IMG/VR virus record: IMGVR_UViG_3300020160_001966
Span: 32,001 to 96,000 of that record
Direction: 5' to 3' (one strand)
DNA: 64,000 nt
From: a virus
Shown: positions 46,951 through 56,705 of the stretch, in pieces
How the letters are laid out: every line of letters starts with the position of its first letter
How positions within the stretch are numbered: the first letter of the stretch is position 1
The notes under the pieces: model-generated
What the model was told of the DNA's origin: nothing
The model's input: only the letters and a program-made list of their open reading frames with translations
The model's database searches: none
Program-made: the position numbers and the translations under genes

Positions 46951-48219
46951 ATGAAATTCTTAAAATTGGGTAAGGATCTTGATCTTCATGCTCCAGATCA
47001 ACATGGTCACAGTTTTAATATAAAAAGATATTATGAGTTGGAATATGGGTATGAATCTTCTTCTTTAAATATTTTTCAATATTTTGATATATCTCTTTTG
47101 GAGTATTTCTTCTCCAATTTTGAGTTTATATATCATTCTACCATAACTTTAAACGTGAAGGGTTTTGATGATAAATTAACTAAAGATAATTTTTTAAACT
47201 TCTTGAATGTAAAAAAAAGACCCAATTTTTATTTTAAACATGATGACTCTATTATAGTTTTGAGCATAGTTGATAATGATAATCAAGACGGATGTGAAAA
47301 TTCGGAAGATGTTTTAAACGACAACTATGTTCAGCAAATGATAGATGATGAAGAAGAGGAATCTTCTTTAAACATAAAAAATGTTTATAAAAATATAAAC
47401 AAAATGAATTCTAAGATACATGTTTCGCTTCATTATCCTAGTAATAAAATTTTTGATTCTTGGATGAAAGACTTTTCTTTCTTACAGAAGTATGTATTGG
47501 CAGACACTAAAAAAAATCAAGTTTGCGTATTGATGAAGAATCAATATGGTGAATATGATTTTGAACCTTTGAACATAAAAGTTCCCAAAATAAATTTGGA
47601 ATTGAATTATGGTCAAAGTTTTGGTAGTATATATGATAAAATTGTAAATAAGCTCTCCAATATCAATAAAGGTCTTTATATGTTCCATGGACCGCCAGGT
47701 ACTGGTAAAAGCAGCTTCATTAAACATTTGACTTCCGTTATAGATAAAGAGTTCATATTTATACCAGCAACTTTTTTGGAAAAATTTATTTCCGATCCAG
47801 ATTTATTCTCCATTCTTATCAGAAGAAAAAAGTGCATATTAATTTTAGAAGATGCTGAAAAGATTTTAATATCTAGGGACGATCAAGAGAATCAATTCAT
47901 ATCGACTTTACTCAACATTTCAGATGGTATATTGTCTGATATTCTTGAGGCTTCTATAATTTTAACTTTTAATTGTGAACACACTAAAATAGATAAAGCC
48001 TTGCGTAGAAAGGGTAGAACTATGATTGATTATAAATTCGACAAATTGAAAGTTGAAGAGGCTAAAAAGATGGCGAAATATTTAAATTTGTCTGAAGAGT
48101 TATTGAATAGCATAAATGAGCCAATGACTTTGAGTGAGATTTATAACATGAGTGATGATAATAAATTCTATAATGAAGACGATAATAAGAGTAAAGTTAT
48201 AGGGTTTGGAGTTAAATGA
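46951..48219 (+). CDS. AAA+ ATPase
   Basis: HGPPGTGKS, LILEDAE, LLNISDG, IDKALRRKGR. Confidence 0.88.
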   Translation: MKFLKLGKDLDLHAPDQHGHSFNIKRYYELEYGYESSSLNIFQYFDISLLEYFFSNFEFIYHSTITLNVKGFDDKLTKDNFLNFLNVKKRPNFYFKHDDSIIVLSIVDNDNQDGCENSEDVLNDNYVQQMIDDEEEESSLNIKNVYKNINKMNSKIHVSLHYPSNKIFDSWMKDFSFLQKYVLADTKKNQVCVLMKNQYGEYDFEPLNIKVPKINLELNYGQSFGSIYDKIVNKLSNINKGLYMFHGPPGTGKSSFIKHLTSVIDKEFIFIPATFLEKFISDPDLFSILIRRKKCILILEDAEKILISRDDQENQFISTLLNISDGILSDILEASIILTFNCEHTKIDKALRRKGRTMIDYKFDKLKVEEAKKMAKYLNLSEELLNSINEPMTLSEIYNMSDDNKFYNEDDNKSKVIGFGVK

Positions 48220-48220
48220 T

Positions 48221-48859
48221 ATGATATATGGATCTAGTAGTAGGAAAAATTTTATAAAATTAAAGAATGTAAATAAAATTTCAAAATCTGATGATGTTTC
48301 AATGTTGTTGATATTGAAAGAAAGTTTTGATGTTTATAAGATCAATCATTTATCTAAAATGAAACAACCTCCTTCCTCCAATAAGGATGTTATTGCTTAC
48401 TATGGGATAAATTCTCCAAATATTTCAAATGTTTTGGAGTCTAAAAAAATGCCTCCATTTTTTTATGAAAATTGGATTGTTGCTTTTTCTGGAGAAATGT
48501 TGAACGTCAATACTATATCTAATGTTTTTGAAAATTGTGATTTTTTAATACCAGACAATAATTCGTGTTTAATAAATTGTATGTTAAATTTCATGCAACG
48601 AAACATTAAAAATGAGGTTGATGTTCTAAAGGAAGTTTTTTGTTTAATTGAGGGTTCTTATTCTTGTTGGATTTTTAACATTAAAACTAAAAATTGTTTT
48701 TTATTAAAATGCAATTCGGATTTATATGCAAATATATATGATAATGATTTTTCAACAAAAGAAATTAATGGTTTTGAGCTATTAAATGATGGTGAGATAT
48801 ATCAATTGACCAAAGAAGGTATAACTTCTGTGGCGTATTTCGACTGTAGTTTATATTGA
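48221..48859 (+). CDS. Degenerate class II glutamine amidotransferase-like (Ntn fold) protein
   Basis: Layout matches GATase-II (M-x-x-G...; W.VA[HN->FS]G..N; IEGS.S.W; DLY) but Cys1 and HNG are absent. Confidence 0.5.
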   Translation: MIYGSSSRKNFIKLKNVNKISKSDDVSMLLILKESFDVYKINHLSKMKQPPSSNKDVIAYYGINSPNISNVLESKKMPPFFYENWIVAFSGEMLNVNTISNVFENCDFLIPDNNSCLINCMLNFMQRNIKNEVDVLKEVFCLIEGSYSCWIFNIKTKNCFLLKCNSDLYANIYDNDFSTKEINGFELLNDGEIYQLTKEGITSVAYFDCSLY

Positions 48860-49525
48860 TTAATAGTTAGATGATCTAAAATCTTCATCATCTTTTCTAA
48901 AATCTGTACCCATGTCTCTGATTATATCTTCCCACTTACCCTTTAGTTCTTGTTTTTTCCAGTCTTGTTCTCTTTCATCAGAGTCGTCAAATTCCGAATA
49001 GTCATCATCTTCGAAAGACTGAAGAACGTCTGGTTCTTTATCTGGATCAAAATCTTCAAACTTATCATCATCCATTTCTTCTTCGCTAATAGCGTTTAGT
49101 TCTATCAATTTATCGTAAATTGATAGAGGTGATGCGGTGATAATCCCCTCTTCATCATTTGTTGAAGAGTTTACTCTTTCTATAGCTTTTTTGATAGCGG
49201 ATAAAATATCGACATCTTCCGTTACATTTGGAATATTTCTAAGAATTTCTCTAAGCTTTGGTCCAATATTCGTACTCAAATCTTCTGCTTTTACAACAAC
49301 TTTTCTTTTAGGTTTTTCCTCTTGTTCTGTATCATTACCTTCTAAGTCAATATTTTCAGCATCATTATCCAAATCTCCCGTATCTATGTCATTTTCCACA
49401 CTTGATTCTATATCACCAGTGTTGTCTTTCTCGTTATCGTTCTCATCAGAAACACTATCTTTGAACTTTTTTAAAATTTCTTCTCTATAGGATTCGAATA
49501 TTGCTACTTGATCATTATTTCTCAT
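48860..49525 (-). CDS. Highly acidic late protein with a CTS-like leader
   Basis: MRNNDQVAIFESY; D/E-rich; ACTAAATA upstream. Confidence 0.6.
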   Translation of the reverse strand: MRNNDQVAIFESYREEILKKFKDSVSDENDNEKDNTGDIESSVENDIDTGDLDNDAENIDLEGNDTEQEEKPKRKVVVKAEDLSTNIGPKLREILRNIPNVTEDVDILSAIKKAIERVNSSTNDEEGIITASPLSIYDKLIELNAISEEEMDDDKFEDFDPDKEPDVLQSFEDDDYSEFDDSDEREQDWKKQELKGKWEDIIRDMGTDFRKDDEDFRSSNY

Positions 49526-49530
49526 ATTTG

Positions 49531-49558
49531 TTGAATTATTTAGTTTTTGGGTTACAAT
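49531..49558 (+). promoter_or_regulatory. sigma70 promoter TTGAAT-N16-TACAAT (leaderless geometry)
   Basis: -10 ends 7 nt before the ATG at 49566. Confidence 0.6.
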
Positions 49559-49565
49559 AATCTCA

Positions 49566-50249
49566 ATGAAAATTGTAGCTTGTAGTATAACCAGAGAACA
49601 TGATCCTTGTCAAACAAAAATTTTTAAAACTTTTCAAAAAATAAACCAATACCACCCTTCTAAAAAAATAGAATTAAAATTAAAATGTGGTAACTTCACC
49701 ATGGGGTTGAGTGAATATTATAATAATTGTATTGACAATTACGCTGAAAGTTGCGACTATATGGTTCTTGTTCACGATGACGTTGAATTTATTAATATGG
49801 ATTTACATTACCAAATAGAGAAATCTATGGAATTTTACGATATAGTAGGTGTCGCTGGATGCTCCAACCCAAAAATTGGGGATACGAATCTTTGGCATTT
49901 GATGAGCGAGAAGCAAAATTTAAAAGGATTTGCGGGGCATAACTGTAAGGAAACGTTGAACGAATACTATATTACTGCTTTTGGGGCATCTCCATCTAGA
50001 GTTGCCATGATAGATGGCGTTTTTATGGTTATTAAGTGTGATAAAATTTTAAAAACAAAAACTAGGTTTGATGAGAGTTTCAAATTCCATCATTATGATC
50101 TGGATTTTAGTCTTTCTAGTAATTTGAATAGGTTAAAAATTGGTGTTTGGCCGATACTAATCGATCATTCATCGCCAGGTCTAAGATCATTTAATGAGAG
50201 TTGGAAAACTTCAAACGAATATTTTAAACAAAAATGGATAAAGAAATAA
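49566..50249 (+). CDS. GT-A glycosyltransferase (GT2-like, Glyco_tranf_2_5-like) overlapping the helicase start
   Basis: GLSEYYN, VLVHDDV, DIVGVAG, IDGVFM, FDESFKFHHYDLDF, HSSPG. Confidence 0.8.
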   Translation: MKIVACSITREHDPCQTKIFKTFQKINQYHPSKKIELKLKCGNFTMGLSEYYNNCIDNYAESCDYMVLVHDDVEFINMDLHYQIEKSMEFYDIVGVAGCSNPKIGDTNLWHLMSEKQNLKGFAGHNCKETLNEYYITAFGASPSRVAMIDGVFMVIKCDKILKTKTRFDESFKFHHYDLDFSLSSNLNRLKIGVWPILIDHSSPGLRSFNESWKTSNEYFKQKWIKK

Positions 50250-51571
50250 CAAAAATAGATTTGGACTTTTATGAAAAAGTCGTAATATATAATTGCCTGT
50301 TCAACTCTGAATATTTGGCATCTGTAATAGATCATTTGAATGTTGATTTATTTTCTGATAAAGATATTAAATCGAGTATAGGTATTATAAAAGATTTCTA
50401 TTTAAAACGTAGTGAAATTCCTACAATTACTGAAATTAAAACATATTTAAATGATCCAGATCTTAAACAATCTTTTAAAAACGTTTTAACCAAATTGGAC
50501 GAATTAGACAATGTTAAATTTAACAGAGATGAGCTTTATGAAAATACTGAAATATTTCTAAAAGAAAAATCCGTATATAAAGTTTTATTAGAAGCTGCTC
50601 AGAAAATAGATAACAATAAATTAGACTCTTCCGATCTTTTAATGAAGATGGAAAAGGCTGTTAGTATAAATCTTTCAAATTCCATGGGTTTGAGTTTATT
50701 GGACGATGTTGATTATTTCATTACAGAAATGTCGAAAAATGAATCCAAAATATCCAGTGGGTGGAAATGGCTGGATAATAAAATAAGTGGTGGGTTCGCT
50801 GAGAACGGTAGAGCATTATACGTTTTTATAGGTGAAACGAATGTTGGTAAGTCTATATTTTTAGGGAATGTTGCCGCAAACGTTGCAATGCAAGGAAAAA
50901 CGGCACTTGTCATATCTCTAGAAATGTCGGAGATAATGTATGGAATGAGATTTGCATCCAATTTGACCAAGATACCGATGTTTGAATTGAAGAAAGACGT
51001 ATCTATTTTAAGAAATGAATTATTAGATTTGAAGACTAAAAATAAAAAATCTAAAATTTTAATTAAAGAATTCCCACCATCAACGTTATCCACTTTCCAA
51101 GTTTCAGCATATATCAAAAAGTTGCAACAAAATGGTATAAAAGTGGATTGTTTAGTATTGGATTATTTAAATTTGATGGATAGTTCCAAGGGTACTAATA
51201 TGTATGAAAGGATCAAATACATATCAGAACAATTGAGAGCTATTTCTTACAAATATAGCATACCTGTCATTACAGCTTCTCAAATTAATAGATCTGGTTA
51301 TAATTCATCAAATCCTAGTTTGGAAACAATATCCGAGGGTATTAGCTTGGCGAATACCGCCGATTGTATTTTCAATATATGGCAATCGGATGAGGATAAA
51401 GACATGGGTGTTATAAACATGGGTATAGCTAAAAATCGCTTTGGTCCGAATTTCGGATCTACTATATTAAAAATTGATTATACCACACTCACTTTGGAAG
51501 AGGATGATTTGAGAAACGACACTAGCGAGTTGGCAGAATTTAGTAAATCAATAAAAGAACTTGAAGATTAA
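50234..51571 (+). CDS. gp41: Replicative helicase gp41 (DnaB-like)
   Basis: GETNVGKS, ISLEMSE, IKEFPP, VLDYLNLM, TASQINRSG, ISEGISLANTAD, KNRFG. Confidence 0.95.
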   Translation: MDKEITKIDLDFYEKVVIYNCLFNSEYLASVIDHLNVDLFSDKDIKSSIGIIKDFYLKRSEIPTITEIKTYLNDPDLKQSFKNVLTKLDELDNVKFNRDELYENTEIFLKEKSVYKVLLEAAQKIDNNKLDSSDLLMKMEKAVSINLSNSMGLSLLDDVDYFITEMSKNESKISSGWKWLDNKISGGFAENGRALYVFIGETNVGKSIFLGNVAANVAMQGKTALVISLEMSEIMYGMRFASNLTKIPMFELKKDVSILRNELLDLKTKNKKSKILIKEFPPSTLSTFQVSAYIKKLQQNGIKVDCLVLDYLNLMDSSKGTNMYERIKYISEQLRAISYKYSIPVITASQINRSGYNSSNPSLETISEGISLANTADCIFNIWQSDEDKDMGVINMGIAKNRFGPNFGSTILKIDYTTLTLEEDDLRNDTSELAEFSKSIKELED

Positions 51572-51608
51572 AAATATATTGATAAATTATATATAACAAT
51601 ATAAACAA

Positions 51609-52526
51609 ATGGATAATATTAAAAAGATACACGTATTTACACATGCAGATTTGGACGGAAGTGCTTCTTATTTGGTATTATCTTGGTATATGTGGAATAG
51701 TCCAACATATGTTTTATGTACACATGATTCGTTGAGATCTACGGTGTCGAAATGGTTGTTGAAAAATAAAATAGAAGATTACGATGCTGTTTATTTTTTA
51801 GGTTTGGATACTTGCGATATATGTGATTTGATAGATTATAAAAAAGTATATGTATTGGATCATCATCAAGAGGCTAACAGGTGTAAAGATCTTTATAAGA
51901 ATTTGAACATTGAACTTTTTGAATATGGTTCTAGTGTTTTGGGTGTATATAGATATTTTAAAAATAAATATCAAGATAGAAAAATAACGGCAAATCAAAG
52001 AAAATTTGTAGCTTTGGTGGATGATTACATTTCTTATAGACTTTTAGAAAAGGATTTATCTATTGGATTGAATATGTTATACTGGAATTATCAAGGGGAT
52101 AAACTTCAAAAGTTGAAAAAAGATTTTAACGATGGCTTCTCTCATCTTTCAGATGATCAAATTAAGATAATTGATTTCTATAAACAAAAAATACATAAAA
52201 TAGTACAGGATGCCGATTTTTATGTTGGCGATTTTAAAATTCAAGGAGTTTTTAGAAAAATCATAGCTACTTTTGCGGATACTTGTGTCAATGAGGTTGC
52301 TTCAGAATTGACAAATATGGGATATGAAATCGCTGTGATCGTGAATACCAAAACTCAAAAGGTGAGTTTTAGGAAAAATCATTTTTCCAATGTTGATTTA
52401 CCGAAAATAGCTAAAACTTTAGCCGATGGTGGGGGTTATAAAAACATGGCTGGTGGATTACTTAATGATAAATTTATGAATTTTACAAAACTTTTAAAAA
52501 AACATGACATTGGAAAAAGAATATAA
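51609..52526 (+). CDS. DHH/DHHA1 phosphoesterase
   Basis: THADLDG, VLDHH, VSFR, GGG...AGG. Confidence 0.85.
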   Translation: MDNIKKIHVFTHADLDGSASYLVLSWYMWNSPTYVLCTHDSLRSTVSKWLLKNKIEDYDAVYFLGLDTCDICDLIDYKKVYVLDHHQEANRCKDLYKNLNIELFEYGSSVLGVYRYFKNKYQDRKITANQRKFVALVDDYISYRLLEKDLSIGLNMLYWNYQGDKLQKLKKDFNDGFSHLSDDQIKIIDFYKQKIHKIVQDADFYVGDFKIQGVFRKIIATFADTCVNEVASELTNMGYEIAVIVNTKTQKVSFRKNHFSNVDLPKIAKTLADGGGYKNMAGGLLNDKFMNFTKLLKKHDIGKRI

Positions 52527-52788
52527 AGAGATTGAACATATTTTCAACTCCTTTTGTAGTTTTATGTGTATCATAAACAACAAGAAGATGAATTATGCTT
52601 CTATTTTACTTTTATACATACAAGATAAAAAAATAAGAGAATTTTTTAAGATGCTACATAATGTTGATAATGATATGTCTGCTGTTAAGATTTTTTTAGA
52701 ACAAGATCCGAGTCTTCATAAATCGAAATATATTATGAAGTTTATAAATAACAAAAAAAATAAAAAAATTCTAGAAGCTTTAAAGTGA
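52504..52788 (+). CDS. Hypothetical protein
   Basis: Coupled ORF in the replication operon. Confidence 0.5.
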   Translation: MTLEKEYKEIEHIFNSFCSFMCIINNKKMNYASILLLYIQDKKIREFFKMLHNVDNDMSAVKIFLEQDPSLHKSKYIMKFINNKKNKKILEALK

Positions 52789-53435
52789 AAGATATAGAAG
52801 ATATATATAACACTCACTTACGTATAAGTAGGAGTAAAAAAAATCTACCTTTTACTTTGAAAAAAGATTTTTCGAAGATAGAAGAACATGAAAAATATGC
52901 TGTCTTGTTGAAATTGAAAAATTTCTTTGAAAGAAATTCCTATGTTAACATGAGTGATTTCATGGAAGCTCCCTACATTGTGTATGAGGACGAAAGTTAT
53001 TTTGATTTGGATTTTTATTTAACACAAAAAGCTGTTAAGAGCTATAATCTATATAGAAGAAAAAAGACATATTCTGAACCAGATTCTGAAATTCAAAAGA
53101 AAGCTGTAACTGATGGGCTTATGTTTATCTACAGATTTTGCAAGGATCATGATTTAAATATTGAAGAATATTTCCACCATAAAAACGGTGCTATCAATAC
53201 TATTTTTTTACACTTGAAACAGAAAAATATATCTATTTATAACTGTTTAGCTTATGAAAATTTTCAAACAATATTGAACCAAAACAATTATGAATTGTTA
53301 GAATTTATGCTTGGAGATGTAATCTCTAAAATTTCTATTTTTAGGACAAAATTTTACATATCAAAGTCTTGTAAAAAAATTTCAATCGAAGGTCTAAAAA
53401 TAATAAAAGAAAAGCTTGCAAAAGAAAAAAAATAA
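52785..53435 (+). CDS. Possible helicase loader (gp59-like)
   Basis: 216 aa, helical, directly upstream of gp32 as in T4. The sequence resemblance itself is weak. Confidence 0.45.
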   Translation: MKDIEDIYNTHLRISRSKKNLPFTLKKDFSKIEEHEKYAVLLKLKNFFERNSYVNMSDFMEAPYIVYEDESYFDLDFYLTQKAVKSYNLYRRKKTYSEPDSEIQKKAVTDGLMFIYRFCKDHDLNIEEYFHHKNGAINTIFLHLKQKNISIYNCLAYENFQTILNQNNYELLEFMLGDVISKISIFRTKFYISKSCKKISIEGLKIIKEKLAKEKK

Positions 53436-53443
53436 CGTAATAT
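53416..53443 (+). promoter_or_regulatory. sigma70-type promoter TTGCAA-N16-TAATAT for gp32
   Basis: 11 nt before the ATG at 53455. Confidence 0.5.
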
Positions 53444-53454
53444 CTAAAAAGTAT

Positions 53455-54318
53455 ATGAATACATACACCAACAAAATGTTCAACAGCATCAAAGACGCAC
53501 TGCAAAAAAATTCAACTCAATCGAGTGGAAGAAACATTCTCAAGTTTGAGAAAGACAAGACGTATACCATTCGTCTCATTCCTAATATCAATAATCCAGA
53601 GAAGACATTCTTCCACTATTACACATATGACTGGACTTCTTATGGTAATGGTCAATACACCACCGCATTGTCTCCAGCAACCTTTGGTCAAAAGTGCGTG
53701 ATTACAGATACAAAGTATCGTTTATTGAGGAATGGTTCAGATGAGGAAAAGCAAAAGGCTGATTTGCTCAGAAGGAATGAACGTTGGCTCGTAAATGCAT
53801 ATGTAGTGGACGATCCTACCAATCCTGACAATAATGGATGTGTCAAGATTATGCGTTATGGTAAACAGTTGCATAAGATTATTTCTGATGCTATTGATGG
53901 TGAGGGTTCTGAGGATTATGGCGCTAGGATTTTCGATCTATCTGAAAATGGCGTTAACTTGAAGGTTAAGTGTGAACAGCAAGGTGATTACATTACATAT
54001 GTCTCTTCTAAGTTTAGTTTACCTAGAAAGATTGAAGGTCTTGATGACGCTAAGGCTGAAAAGTTATACTCTTCGATTTTTGATTTGGAGTCTATCGTAC
54101 CAACCAAATCTAATGAGGAGTTGGTTGCTGTTTTGGATGAGCATTTTTTCGCAAAGCCAACTCTTATTTCAGAGAAAAAAGTTGTTAGTTTCTCTGAAGA
54201 GGAATCTTCTTCAAATACATCCAATTTGATCGATAATCAAAAGATTACTACATTGGAATCTTTGAACGATGACGATGATGATGAAAATTTGAAAAAGCTC
54301 ATTGCGGATTTAGATTAA
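53455..54318 (+). CDS. gp32: Single-stranded DNA-binding protein gp32
   Basis: IRLIP, VNAYVVDDP.NPDNNG.V...YGKQLHK, IFDL...GVN..K, Y.SSKF, acidic C-tail. Confidence 0.9.
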   Translation: MNTYTNKMFNSIKDALQKNSTQSSGRNILKFEKDKTYTIRLIPNINNPEKTFFHYYTYDWTSYGNGQYTTALSPATFGQKCVITDTKYRLLRNGSDEEKQKADLLRRNERWLVNAYVVDDPTNPDNNGCVKIMRYGKQLHKIISDAIDGEGSEDYGARIFDLSENGVNLKVKCEQQGDYITYVSSKFSLPRKIEGLDDAKAEKLYSSIFDLESIVPTKSNEELVAVLDEHFFAKPTLISEKKVVSFSEEESSSNTSNLIDNQKITTLESLNDDDDDENLKKLIADLD

Positions 54319-54319
54319 T

Positions 54320-54796
54320 ATGAATTTTGATTCAATAGTTCCAGAGGGTGATTTGCCCCCCAATCACCCTCTGGTTTTGGAGGCTTTAAAGGGTATAATA
54401 TCTGGTCCGATTTCTGAATTACGTCAGAAAGTTGACAAGAATATTACTGAAGAAACTAGTCAAGCTGGACTTAGGAGCGGTAAAATAGATTATGAAAATA
54501 TTTTACCAAACTTTAATTCTAATAATAATATTAATATTATACCCAATAGGGAATATAATAACACTGCGAATAATGTCCTTGAGACTTTGGTTTCTTCTCA
54601 AAAACATAATGTTTTACAAAACAATAATGTAGAAATTCGCAACCACTCTTCTCCAGAAAAGGAATATGATGATCCAGATCAAATGCAACTTCCTTTATTT
54701 AAGCCTACTGAAATGTCGGATTTATATTCTAAAATGTTTGATTTGGAGAGAAAACTTGATACTATTATAAAGTATGTCAAACCAAATAAAAATTAA
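54320..54796 (+). CDS. Hypothetical protein
   Basis: Coupled ORF between gp32 and gp45. Confidence 0.55.
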   Translation: MNFDSIVPEGDLPPNHPLVLEALKGIISGPISELRQKVDKNITEETSQAGLRSGKIDYENILPNFNSNNNINIIPNREYNNTANNVLETLVSSQKHNVLQNNNVEIRNHSSPEKEYDDPDQMQLPLFKPTEMSDLYSKMFDLERKLDTIIKYVKPNKN

Positions 54797-55514
54797 AAAT
54801 AAAATATCTTTTGTAAAAAATTTTTTATCTCCCATTTGTAAAGTTTCCGATTCAGCCGTTTTGGAAATTGAAAATGGTGTTATAAAGGCTTTGGTCTGTA
54901 CTTCTGACAATTCTATCATTTTTCATAATACCCATGCTATAGAATCTTCTAGTGAAGATTTGGTTGTTTTAAATTGTTCAGACTTGAAAAAGTTAATTCG
55001 TGCTTTGGATACTATAGTTTCTAAAAATGAAATTATGTTTACTTTGGAAGAAAATAATATTTCTTATAATGATTCAAAGATTAAATTTAAATATCATCTT
55101 TTAGAAAATGATATTATCAAAAAACCTAAAATTAGTTTAAAAAAATTAGAAAGTATGGATGCTCTCTCATCTTTTGTTATCACTAAAGATTCTTTAAAGG
55201 AGCTTGTTAGGGGGTCCGTTTTTAGTTCAGATTCGAATAAATTCTATTTAAATAGTGAAAATAACGGAGTTTTTGCTGAGTTGACAGATAAGACTAGAAA
55301 CAATATAGACACTATAACAATGCAAGTTTCTGATAGTTTTGATGGAAATTCTTTTGAAGCGTTGCCTTTGAATTTTGAAATTTTTAGAATTATGGAAATT
55401 GGTGATTCTAATGATATAATTGTTAAAATTAATAGTAAATTAGGAATTGTATTATTCGAGATTTGTAATAATTATAATAAGATGTTATACATTATGTCAT
55501 CTTTAATAAAATGA
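54774..55514 (+). CDS. gp45: Sliding clamp gp45
   Basis: 246 aa with the clamp-like alternating pattern; K.KYHL...II..P linker; DKTRNNIDT loop. Confidence 0.65.
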   Translation: MSNQIKIKNKISFVKNFLSPICKVSDSAVLEIENGVIKALVCTSDNSIIFHNTHAIESSSEDLVVLNCSDLKKLIRALDTIVSKNEIMFTLEENNISYNDSKIKFKYHLLENDIIKKPKISLKKLESMDALSSFVITKDSLKELVRGSVFSSDSNKFYLNSENNGVFAELTDKTRNNIDTITMQVSDSFDGNSFEALPLNFEIFRIMEIGDSNDIIVKINSKLGIVLFEICNNYNKMLYIMSSLIK

Positions 55515-55891
55515 AAAAAAACAAAAATTCGATTAAAACTCCTAGTTATTTCATAAAACGTTTAAAAGACTCTGGTTTCATAGTTTGGAAAATTTTTGAC
55601 GATTATGGTGTCCATGATCCTAGATGTTGGACTGTTTTAGTAGACCCTAAAGGAGCCTCCGTATATATCACATGTTTTTTAAATAAAGAGTTTTTTGGTG
55701 ATGTTATGTTTGAGTTAAGTGACGGTGGGCAAAAGTTTTTAAAAAATTTTTCTATTAAAACTGAAAGCTTGGAAGTTATCATTACCCACTTAATAAGTGC
55801 TGGTGTGAAAAACGATGCTGGAAATAGTCCATTTAGAAAAGATAAATATTCATATCATGAGTCAACAGAGGGGCAAAAAGAAAGATCCTAG
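55511..55891 (+). CDS. Hypothetical protein
   Basis: ATGA-coupled ORF. Confidence 0.55.
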   Translation: MKKNKNSIKTPSYFIKRLKDSGFIVWKIFDDYGVHDPRCWTVLVDPKGASVYITCFLNKEFFGDVMFELSDGGQKFLKNFSIKTESLEVIITHLISAGVKNDAGNSPFRKDKYSYHESTEGQKERS

Positions 55892-56189
55892 AATATTTCT
55901 TGGAAAAGAAAAGGAAAAATTGTCTTCTCTAGACAAAGCTCAGATAAATGAACTTTTATCTGAGTCTATTAGTAGTTATGTATCCAAGGTCGCTAAAGAG
56001 GTTAAGAACACTGATGATATGGTTTCACTATTGAATGGATACATAACTGAATTTTTGGAAGCTTTTTTATTATTCGGATATGATATAAAAGGCACTCCGC
56101 TTTGTATTCATTATGCGAGAAATCAAAAAGATGCTGATGCTTTGAATTGCTTGGTGAATAAAGCATTGTTTAATAAAATGAATGAATAG
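55857..56189 (+). CDS. Hypothetical late protein
   Basis: GATAAATA (55841-55848) 8 nt before the ATG at 55857. Confidence 0.55.
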   Translation: MSQQRGKKKDPRIFLGKEKEKLSSLDKAQINELLSESISSYVSKVAKEVKNTDDMVSLLNGYITEFLEAFLLFGYDIKGTPLCIHYARNQKDADALNCLVNKALFNKMNE

Positions 56190-56475
56190 TTTTATTAAAA
56201 AGTTAATTACCGAGAAATCTAATAAAACACATATACCTTTAGGTTCTTGCTATGCGGTGTTGCGAGGTGATTATCATGGTGAAATATTTGTATTTTTTAA
56301 ACAAATTGCAAATGATTTGATGTTTGTCTCTTTACCTAAAATGATATTAAGAGAGGTTGATGTGGTTAAATTTGATATAGGGTTGAAGGAAAATATACTA
56401 GATTCTTTTAATATATTACCAGAAGATATATATAAAGTTATAGAATCTCATGGAAATAATCTCATCGAGAGTTAA
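56182..56475 (+). CDS. Hypothetical protein
   Basis: Coupled ORF. Confidence 0.5.
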   Translation: MNSFIKKLITEKSNKTHIPLGSCYAVLRGDYHGEIFVFFKQIANDLMFVSLPKMILREVDVVKFDIGLKENILDSFNILPEDIYKVIESHGNNLIES

Positions 56476-56483
56476 ATAATTGA

Positions 56484-56675
56484 ATGAATAGAGTAGAAGC
56501 TAGAATAATAACATCGCCTATTTCTGGACAACCTTGCGCTCCTAGAATTATTGAAACTAGAGTTGGTAACAATATAGTTAAAGAAGCTCATTGGATCGAT
56601 CCAGCATCTGGCGCTTTTATAAGAAAAGGGGTCATTGAAGTGAAGCCCTATATCAGAGAAGATAAAAAGTCTTGA
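56484..56675 (+). CDS. Small hypothetical protein
   Basis: 63 aa, beta-rich; fills the gap before the primase promoter. Confidence 0.5.
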   Translation: MNRVEARIITSPISGQPCAPRIIETRVGNNIVKEAHWIDPASGAFIRKGVIEVKPYIREDKKS

Positions 56676-56699
56676 CATGTATTTTTGAAGATGTAAAGT
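56672..56699 (+). promoter_or_regulatory. sigma70 promoter TTGACA-N16-TAAAGT (leaderless geometry)
   Basis: -10 ends 6 nt before the primase GTG. Confidence 0.65.
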
Positions 56700-56705
56700 G
56701 GGTAT

